DNA of 64,000 nt. It comes from Phoronis australis (taxonomy: Eukaryota > Animalia > Phoronida). The position numbers and the translations under genes were made by a program. The stretch spans positions 186,001 through 250,000 of the forward strand of contig NMRA01000124.1 in assembly GCA_002633005.1 (NCBI GenBank). Direction: 5' to 3'. Of the stretch, positions 56,401 to 64,000 are shown piece after piece (positions within the stretch are counted from its first letter, which is position 1; every line of letters starts with the position of its first letter). The notes beneath the pieces were generated by a model that ran no database searches, was not told the origin of the DNA, and saw only the letters and a program-made list of their open reading frames with translations.

Positions 56401-59400
56401 AACTAAAAACCATGTTTCATTTTTTTGCTTTATAATACCAAGCAAGTCCTCTCTCTCGTTTGTAAATACAGCGAAGCTATGATCAGTGACCGTGTGACCG
56501 AGGGCACGACTGTCGTCATGTTCAGTATTGGGGCTATCGGCGTTGATTTCGAAATCCCCTCCGGTTTCATACAAGTTGAGAGGTCTTGGGTTGCTAAACT
56601 TTTGTAGCTTTCGCCGTGGATATGCTAGAGACGTTAATTTTAAGACGAAACTCCGTCGGAATGTTGTTCTCATGCGTCTTTTTTCCACCAGGAAAATGTT
56701 AGCTGCACACACGATGGTCCATAGGCAATTACATCGCACTGGATGCCGCAGGCATTCAGGGATGATAGTACATCCTCACAAAAAGTTACTCATTTCAAAA
56801 TACAGCAAATAAAATCAATACATATAGGAACACGGAGTTATAATTAACACATACCACGACTCTGGATATAATTTAGTCAGCAAAACTTCAACAAATAGAT
56901 GAAAATCTGTCGCGGTTTGCTCGAGTTTCTCTCAGTTACCGGGTGCCATTTTGAGGAAGTTACGTGAAATTACGCATGTTGACGAAAATAACATCCAAGG
57001 GACACACATCTTACAAGTTTCGCCCGATACCTTCTCATGCTATTTTGCAAGTGTCGCACGCTAGCGTCACGCGCTTCGCTCAGTCTCGCGCTAACCTTTG
57101 CCTAACTGGCGTGATTCAGTTGACATGCTTTGTGGTTATCGCGCACGCGGTGATAAAATTAACGGCAACCAAAAAGCTGAGTTGTAATTCTTCGCCAAAG
57201 TCAACTTAATTCTCACAATTAAGCTTCATTAAAGATATGTATAGAAGTAGAANAAATACGTCACGAGACTAAGCAGCGCTCCAAGCCGGTAATTTTTTGA
57301 GCGTCGTTAGAGAACATAAGTTTAATTTTTGGAGTTGAATTATTTGTGAAATTAATCAACAATTCATAGAAAACTATCCAGAATTTATTCAGAATAAAAT
57401 ACAGTTTCCTTTTAAGTGGAAGACTTTCAATGAGAACTTGGGTGATTGATCACGCAGGACTGAATACCAGTGCCCTCTAGAGGACAATTAGGAGACAATT
57501 GAACTTTTGTTTAAATGTATCACAACTAATCACTCAAACTACAAAAAGGTCTCTCATGAGTTGGAGAAGACATCTATTGCATGACAAATCCTCTAAAAGA
57601 TGTCAAGTCTTAAATTTAATTCTATTCCTTTAATATGGTGACACATTATTTTGTCTTGACAAGTATTGGTGGGTTTTGTTGAATTGCCTGAACTGTTTAA
57701 AATGTCTTGACAAGTATTGGTGGGTTTTGTTGAATTGCCTGAACTGTTTAAAATGTCTTGCCAAGTATTGGTGGGTTTTGTTGAATTGCCTGAACTGTTT
57801 AAAATGTCTTGACAGAATGGTTTGGAAGAGTGCCAGTCTGCCACTTTGTGGAAGTAAATGGGAAAATGGTGACGGAAACTAGATGAAAAATAAAGCTTTT
57901 GAAAATTATCCAGAAACTTTTGCTACAAAAGTTTGTGGACTTTTGATTTGAAAATATATCTTATGCTAAGGCTTTAGCTACATAACTTACAATAAATTGA
58001 AAAAATCAGTTTCTGCATGCACATTAGTTGATGCCAATGGGCACATTTCGGGATCTACACTTTGCTGTGAATGTTGCTAATTGAAATAGGAAAATCTGGA
58101 GGTATTTATGGAATTTATTGGTTTTGATATGCTTTAAGTTATTCCAGAAGTGCCTGGCGGGCGTCCATATTGAATAGCTGTTGTATACCTTTCTCTTTAT
58201 TATAGTACATTGTTGTCGGCTGATAAAGGTGCCTGGGGTTAGGGTTATGCTTTATTTTACTTGAGTTTGTGCCCACTTCACATAATGTCTTTAATTTCCA
58301 ATACTAGTTGCAGACTTAATTCTTGATTTTATATTTTTTGACCTCTGGCTCCACCTTCTAGTAACTCTTCATTTAGCTGCACTCCAAATTTGATCTTGTG
58401 CTTTTAATCAAGCCTTTGTGCTTTTAATCCAGCCTGGTTTTATGAATGAATGAACTTCACTGTCAGCAATGCTGTGTATTCAGCTGACCTTTACTGGGTG
58501 ACCTCTGACCTAGCTAATTCCTGTTGATCTGTGTTTGTCAAATCATTGAACACGTGGCATAGTACATTCACTGGTGCTGTCTGTCCATGGGGTTCACTGG
58601 TGCAGTGGTTGTGTGCCTGAAGTAGACTGTGTCTCATTATCACGCTTATAGGTGAGATTCACTTGTGTTGTGAGGGTTATTTTTCATTTTGTGATGGGCA
58701 TTTTCACAGTGGTGTGGTCTTGGCGTAAGTTGTCATGGTGATACTGTTGTCAGTCATTAATTTTTATCAACACTGTATGGGTTGCACTTTAGAGTTGACA
58801 CTCTGCAGTCATCATGCAGTTTTTGGTTCAGCAGATCCAGGATTTTGTTAATACAGTTTGTTTCTACACTAGTGAGCTCCAAACATGTACTGACATCGTG
58901 TATTGTAGTATAGGAGGGGATAGAGAGGTGTTTGTCAGTTATTGCTTTGCGTCTGTTGTGGGGTTTGGATCTCTTTGAATAGTGGGTGCAGTGGTGTTCA
59001 TGGTTTTCAAATTAGTTCAGTTGAAGAACTAAGCTTTCTTAGTCATACCTAAACTGTGCATGGAAACTTCTCCAACAGCATGTTGATCGTTAAGGTGAAG
59101 ATATTTCATCAGATTTAACTGACCCTTATCTCTTGAAATTCAAAGATAAGGTCTTGTTCCCTAAACTTCTGAACAAACACTACAATAATAGCCTCATCTG
59201 AAAATCAATTGGTGTCTACAGAGAAAACAGCGCTAATCTATAATCTGTTAGTAGGGTTGTGCTATGCCAATGCCTTAAAACAACATTCCTTAAAGTTTCC
59301 ATTATTTGTAGCAAAGTAACCAACCTTTGAAAATTTGGTAAAATATTTTTGGCAAAATTTATATTTGTGAAAAATAAGTGGTGAATTGACTTACTTATCC

Positions 59401-62400
59401 ACAGTGAATCATTGATGCACTAAAGCCTTCTATTTAACAAGTCATCAATTGAAAATCTTTATTGTTTAAAATCTTAAAATCTTAAAATCTTATTATTTAT
59501 CTTTTGTTGTGTAGTAATGACAGTGTTATTCAAATGTCAATGTGAAGAAGTGCCCATCTTTGTCTGGTGTATCACTGGAGCGCATAATGTGAAGAAGTGC
59601 CCATCTTTGTCTGGTGTATCACTGGAGCGCATAATGTGAAGAAGTGACCATCTTTGTCTGGTGTATCACTGGAGCGCATAATACATAGCAGTTTAGAATA
59701 ACACATTACAGGATCACCCTTCATGTGCTATAGTATTGGTCAAGCTGTCCCCATGAAACATATACCAAAAAAGGGTTTTTTACCTGTACACCGTGGTTTT
59801 TAAGCATAGGTATTATTCAGGAATTTGGATTTTTTCAATAGCAGGTTTAATAAAATGTGTAGCTATTTTTTTTCAATTGTTCCTTAGAACTTGCTATCAT
59901 TATGGAGAGTAGACAAGGTTGTCTTTGGTTAATTAAAAGATTGTCTCCCATTATTCAAAACTTCATGCTTTTTAAAGTGTAGTCCTATTATTTATGTCCT
60001 TTGTAAAACCATCAGATGAATTTAAACAAAACTCACCTGAAATGTAGTCAGTGAATTATTGTTGAAAATAATATAATTTTAATTTAATCCTTATTTCTGC
60101 ATACGTTGCTCATGTATCTGCGATTTTGACTTGGGCTGCGTATTCGGATCCTGGTTTTGACATAGTAAGAAATTATTTTTAAGGAATATCCTATGTCACC
60201 CTAATAGTTGAAAGATGAACTTCCATCATATATCAGAAATGACTGATTAGATTCATGTGACACTTTCAGATACTAGGGTCTATGCACTGCTCACCAAAAT
60301 GATGTTTAGAAAGATTTTTTTGCTCAAATCGAAATGAAAGCGTAGAGAAAATAAAAGCATTTTTTTAGATTTGCTCATTTAATCTTGTTTATAAATACCA
60401 TTTTTTTACTGTCATTGTAGTGAGTTTCCTTTTTGTTATACTAAAAAGACAAGGATAAGGTGACCTAATCTACAGCAGTTTGAGAAAAATTAAATCGCAT
60501 TCCATGATAGTCCTGCTTTCAGAATAAATTTATTTTTCTTGAGTTAAATTCAAAAGTTTTGTACAAATTTGACTGACTGCACATACTTGTTGATAAGTCC
60601 TTGTAGCACATATTAGTCCATGGTTCAGATTAGAAACAAAAAGTTTTCATGTTGCATTAGGAGGTAACGTAACTTTGTAAACTTTGTGTTTTGTATGCCA
60701 TTTGGTGTGTTGTTAATATACGGAGACCCCGATTTTCTGCGATAACAGAAAATGGACATAATTTGATGTCTTTGATTTGTTTTATAGAATTAGTTATTTC
60801 GAATGGAATTCACGTATTTCAGAAATAGATGTCATAATTATAATATTTTGGGGTTTTGATTATACAGAAATCAAGCATAGAATTCATCAAATTCCAGTGT
60901 TCTTGCCAAAAATCAATGTTCATTTAAACTGCTTTCTGTTCTTGAAAACGGAAAGTCAGGGTCTCTAGTTAAAGTAACATTGATGATTTATCTTGTTAAC
61001 AGGACCAAGTCCAGCCAGCGGTCAACCAGCTGCTTGCTCTGAAGGCTGAGTTCAAGGCACTGACAGGTCAAGACTGGAAGCCCGGTGCCATGCCTTCTGC
61101 CAACGAGACGACCAAACCTGCAGCAGCCCCTGCAGCCACCAGCCCTGCCGAGGGAGCAAGTTCCGCTGATAGCAAGGAAGCCATGGACTTGAAGGCTAAG
61201 ATTGATGCTCAGGGAGAGACGGTGCGGAAACTAAAATCTGAATCTGCGGCCAAGGTAAGATGTGAATACCCAGAGAAGTGTAGCTGACATGATGTTGGTG
61301 CATCTTTCTATCTCATTCCGCATCTTGTTACAGCAAATAGTCACTTTTAATGAGTTTTTGGTAAATTTTTTGCCATCGATGAAAATACTTTGCATTTTTG
61401 TTGGTCTTTTTTAAAATGCTCACAAATGTCCTTTAACAAGACCTCGTAGTTTTTGGTAAGTTTTACTATTTGAACAAAACTATCTGGTTGTGAAAGATGA
61501 ATTAACATATCATTTCTGAGATTGTTGATAAATTATATGGGCTTGCAATGTTGACTTGAATTCAATGCAAAAGGCTTCATTTTGCAAACCTTTATCTTTC
61601 ATCTGCTACTCCAGTTTTTGGAATTAATTTAGAAATGTCCAAAGNTTTCGATTTTTGTCACTTTCAGAGTCATGTCTAACTAGTTAAAACTCCCTTTTTA
61701 CTCATTTTAGTTAGGAACCTGGAGATTTGATCAGTGTATACACCTACCTTAAATTCAAAAGTTTTGTACAAATTTGACTGACTGCACATACTTGTTGATA
61801 AGTCCTTGTAGTAAATAATATTAGTAAATAATATTAGTAAATAATATTAGTAAATAATATTAGTAAATAATATTAGTAAATAATATTAGTCCATGGTTCA
61901 GATTAGAAACAAAAAGTTTTCATGTTGCATTAGGAGGTAACGTAACTTTGTAAACTTTGTGTTTTGTATGCTGTTTGGTGTGTTATTAATATAGGGAGAC
62001 CCCGGTTTTCTGCAATAACAGAAAATGGACATAATTTGATGTCTTTGACTTGTTTCATAGAATTAGTTATTTCGAATGGAATTCACGTATTTCAGAAATA
62101 GATATCATAATTATAATAATTTGGGGTTTTGATTATACAGAAATCAAGAATAGAATTCATCAAATTTCAGTGTTCTTGCCAAAAATCAATGTTCATTTAA
62201 ACTGTTATCTGTTCTTGAAAACAGAAAGTCAGGGTCTCTAGTTAAAGTAACATTGATGATTTATCTTGTTAACAGGACCAAGTGCAGCCAGCGGTCAACC
62301 AGCTGCTTGCTCTGAAGGCTGAGTTCAAGGCACTGACTGGTCAAGACTGGAAGCCCGGTGCCATGCCATCTGCCAACGAGACGACCAAACCTGCAGCAGC

Positions 62401-63112
62401 CCCTGCAGCCACCAGCCCTGCCGAGGGAGCGAGTTCCGCTGATAGCAAGGAAGCCATGGACTTGAAGGCTAAGATTGATGCTCAGGGAGAGACGGTGCGG
62501 AAACTAAAATCTGAATCTGCGGCCAAGGTAAGATGTGAATACCCAGAGAAGTGTAGCTGACATGATGTTGGTGCATCTGTCTATCTCATTCCACATCTTG
62601 TTACAACAAATAGTCACTTTTAATGAGTTTTTGGTAAATTTTTTGCCATCGATGAAAATACTTTGCATTTTTGTTGGTCTTTTTTAAAATGCTCACAAAT
62701 GTCCTTTAACAAGACCTCGTAGTTTTTGGTAAGTTTTACTATTTGAACAAAACTATCTGGTTGTGAAAGATGAATTAACATATCATTTCTGAGATTGTTG
62801 ATAAATTATATGGGCTTGCAATGTTGACTTGAATTCAATGCAAAAGGCTTCATTTTGCAAACCTTTATCTTTCATCTGCTACTCCAGTTTTTGGAATTAA
62901 TTTAGAAATGTCCAAAGGTTTGTAGCTCTGAAACTTTTATTGTCCAACTTGATTGACAGTGTCTTTTAATATTTTCATTCTGCTCCCGTAGGATGAAGTG
63001 GACAGTGCTGTTCAGCTCCTACTGCAGTTGAAGTCACAATACAAAGAGTTGACTGGACAAGACCTCACAGGGGGAGGCGGAAAGAAAGGGAAAAAGGAGA
63101 AAAAAGTTGAAG
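35436..63112 (+). CDS. EPRS1: Bifunctional glutamyl-prolyl-tRNA synthetase, 5'-part spliced CDS (GST-like domain, GluRS, WHEP repeats); continues beyond the window
   Basis: 21 GT-AG coding exons in phase except for one gap between 50566 and 51705. [19 protein letters not shown] (HIGH motif), [25 protein letters not shown] (KMSKS equivalent), WDDPRFPT, and WHEP helices (QGxxVRxLK..LLxLKxxYKxLTGxD). Confidence 0.96.
36048..37454. repeat. About 700-bp direct duplication (36048-36752 / 36754-37454) across the N at 36753, within a transposon-derived element
   Basis: Near-identical copies abut the N. The core is also present inverted at ~56720-57252. Confidence 0.9.
39671..39758 (+). CDS. EPRS1: EPRS exon ([28 protein letters not shown])
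   Basis: GT-AG, in phase; GST-like N-terminal domain. Confidence 0.88.
40646..40742 (+). CDS. EPRS1: EPRS exon ([32 protein letters not shown])
   Basis: GST-like SIxRYxAR..LYG motif; GT-AG. Confidence 0.9.
41631..41787 (+). CDS. EPRS1: EPRS exon (VDHWLDFS...[20 protein letters not shown])
   Basis: GST C-terminal YLVG..TLAD motif; GT-AG. Confidence 0.92.
42155..42291 (+). CDS. EPRS1: EPRS exon ([30 protein letters not shown]...)
   Basis: In phase with neighbours; GST C-terminal NVxRxxxFL pattern. Confidence 0.85.
42890..43108 (+). CDS. EPRS1: EPRS exon with HIGH motif
   Basis: [19 protein letters not shown]...MRFDDTNP. Confidence 0.96.
43561..43753 (+). CDS. EPRS1: EPRS GluRS exon ([10 protein letters not shown]...ESKCRSN)
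   Basis: TSDFF..GKAYVDD motif; GT-AG. Confidence 0.94.
44253..44424 (+). CDS. EPRS1: EPRS GluRS exon (VERNLKMW...[12 protein letters not shown])
   Basis: RAKIDM..MRDP..YR motif; GT-AG. Confidence 0.94.
45288..45412 (+). CDS. EPRS1: EPRS GluRS exon ([27 protein letters not shown])
   Basis: Conserved GlxRS motif; GT-AG. Confidence 0.95.
46410..46518 (+). CDS. EPRS1: EPRS GluRS exon ([24 protein letters not shown])
   Basis: VLSKR signature; GT-AG. Confidence 0.95.
46934..47018 (+). CDS. EPRS1: EPRS GluRS exon ([28 protein letters not shown])
   Basis: Conserved motif; GT-AG. Confidence 0.95.
47123..47490. repeat. Intronic minisatellite, 18-bp unit (GTTTCCTATAGAATCCAG), about 20 copies
   Basis: Direct inspection; explains ORFs 47112-47528 and 47169-47501. 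Confidence 0.95.
47658..47717 (+). CDS. EPRS1: EPRS exon ([20 protein letters not shown])
   Basis: Conserved WDKIWAxNKK; GT-AG. Confidence 0.93.
47890..48000 (+). CDS. EPRS1: EPRS exon ([12 protein letters not shown]...PAHPK)
   Basis: Start of the anticodon-binding domain; GT-AG. Confidence 0.93.
48751..48884 (+). CDS. EPRS1: EPRS exon ([22 protein letters not shown]...[14 protein letters not shown])
   Basis: Conserved VTFINWGN; GT-AG. Absent from the ORF track. Confidence 0.92.
49747..49801 (+). CDS. EPRS1: EPRS exon ([18 protein letters not shown])
   Basis: LNLENK joins DFKKT of the next exon; GT-AG. Confidence 0.9.
50414..50566 (+). CDS. EPRS1: EPRS exon ([12 protein letters not shown]...[13 protein letters not shown])
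   Basis: Conserved KKTTKxTWLA; GT-AG. Confidence 0.93.
50928..51263. repeat. Perfect 20-bp tandem array (GCTTGGCCAATATTATTCAG, about 17 copies), starting at the N at 50927
   Basis: Direct inspection; true length is unknown because the array abuts the gap. Confidence 0.97.
51705..51816 (+). CDS. EPRS1: EPRS exon ([28 protein letters not shown]...)
   Basis: End of the GluRS domain, [11 protein letters not shown]; phase-2 entry. Confidence 0.92.
53095..53286 (+). CDS. EPRS1: EPRS linker plus first helix of WHEP1
   Basis: ...[22 protein letters not shown]; GT-AG. Confidence 0.92.
53881..59933. repeat. About 2.4-kb direct duplication (53881-56266 / 57411-59933) around the N at 57253
   Basis: Near-identical intronic copies that differ by SNPs, indels and tandem-repeat copy number. 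Confidence 0.92.
56267..57252 (-). mobile_element. Non-autonomous DNA transposon with degenerate THAP-like remnant (ISL2EU-like), truncated by the N
   Basis: Present after GGTTAAT in copy 1 but absent at the equivalent site in copy 2. The - strand at 56719-56648 reads [23 protein letters not shown]. Homologous in reverse to ~36290-36750 and ~36995-37530. Confidence 0.65.
61003..61254 (+). CDS. EPRS1: EPRS WHEP exon copy 1 (helix 2 + spacer + helix 1 of the next WHEP)
   Basis: [28 protein letters not shown]...[19 protein letters not shown]; 252 nt, phase 0/0. Confidence 0.9.
62276..62527 (+). CDS. EPRS1: EPRS WHEP exon copy 2 (real tandem exon or second haplotype)
   Basis: Identical protein to copy 1 with 4 synonymous differences; splice sites intact. 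Confidence 0.6.
62992..63112 (+). CDS. EPRS1: EPRS exon: WHEP helix 2 and Lys-rich linker ([40 protein letters not shown])
   Basis: WHEP consensus; CCCGTAG acceptor and G|GTTTAT donor. Absent from the ORF track. Confidence 0.9.
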
Positions 63113-64000
63113 GTTTATATTTTTGGAGCTAAATTGAGTGCAACTATTAATTATATAAGTACATGTTTGCATTCATTTTTACTCAAACTTTGAGGACATA
63201 ACGGCAGAACTGAAGTAACAAAAAATGGATGAACCACTGAAAAAGTGCAAAAACTCTTCATTGTTTCATTGTTTCAGCGTTATGTAGACTGGACCATGGC
63301 GAATGGTGAACCCTAAAGATAAACTAACATTTTTGCATTGTCACATGTTAAATTTGTGACTGGTTAAACAGGTTTGGGCTACAAAGCTACTTTTATTCTA
63401 TACTGTGTGACATGTTTCAAAGAGTACTTTAACCATGGAAAATGCAGAAAATTATTCGACAAAACGACCTTGACCTTCTTCTCATGATGCAGTTCCCTGT
63501 TGTGAAAACCATGAGTGTAAATGGAATTTACTATTAGAGTACCTTAAATGAGGTCACAACGGGTTGGAATTTTATCGGATAATTTTTAGGGTCTTCTTAT
63601 AAATATCATGACATAGTATACAACAGTGTCGGTTTTGTGTGGGATATTATGATATCACGGTAAAATGATCCCATTTGGGACTGTCGCAGTGAGCTTGTCT
63701 CAAATTGTAGAAATGGACAGTATTTGCCATCCCAAATTCCTCATATTGTCTGAGAATTGTGGTGAATGCCAAAATTGTCCCAAATTCCAGAATCAAGAAA
63801 AATTCAATTTATGCTGAGGTTTGCGTTTCCCAAATTCTGGAGTCTGTCCCAAATTGGATAATTTTTACCGTTATTAATTGAGAATTTTACTTTCACACGT
63901 AAACACTGAAGAAAACGTCAGACCACACAGTCATGACTCTTCCCTTGCTCATCTATGGGGAGAAGACTTGAACCAGTTCTGTGGTTATACTTGTATGTGA

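Larger units (their letters stand above)
60544..62917. repeat. About 1.1-kb direct duplication (60544-61644 / 61749-62917) containing a WHEP exon, around the N at 61645
   Basis: Near-identical copies; copy 2 has an extra 13-bp tandem array (AGTAAATAATATT about 6 times, ~61810-61890). Confidence 0.92.

Noticed and set aside
63020-63050. Human-type intra-codon polyadenylation at the WHEP Tyr (QYK) giving truncated EPRS
   Set aside because: The Tyr codon TAC is present, but I see no poly(A) hexamer at a suitable distance upstream.

Overview
AT-rich, intron-containing animal genomic DNA. An invertebrate, probably marine and highly heterozygous, is my inference from the repeats and the duplicated blocks. 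It holds three protein-coding loci. (1) The 3' end of an unidentified + strand gene (exons 2093-2178 and 3423-4315) whose low-complexity tail has a CtBP-type PVDLS motif, with a possible alternative last exon at 745-781. (2) A complete EGLN1/PHD2 (egl-9) HIF prolyl hydroxylase on the - strand: 5 coding exons, 31727 to 15820, about 453 aa, MYND finger plus intact 2OG/Fe(II) catalytic residues, and a 3' UTR of up to ~4 kb. (3) Head-to-head with it, the 5' part of bifunctional glutamyl-prolyl-tRNA synthetase EPRS on the + strand (ATG 35436), covering the GST-like domain, GluRS and WHEP linker; ProRS lies beyond the window. Six single-N assembly joins are present. Four sit beside or between near-identical duplicated blocks, one of which duplicates a WHEP exon, and another coincides with a missing EPRS exon. 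Other points of interest are a CpG-rich, HRE-dense region with an orphan promoter/first-exon signature just downstream of EGLN1, many MITEs (hAT-, ISL2EU-, CWG-TSD- and Tc1/mariner-like), a THAP-remnant insertion present in only one duplicate copy, a tRNA-derived SINE and several minisatellites. I found no CRISPR array, rRNA or convincing tRNA gene, and no clearly novel system; the best leads are regulatory and evolutionary.
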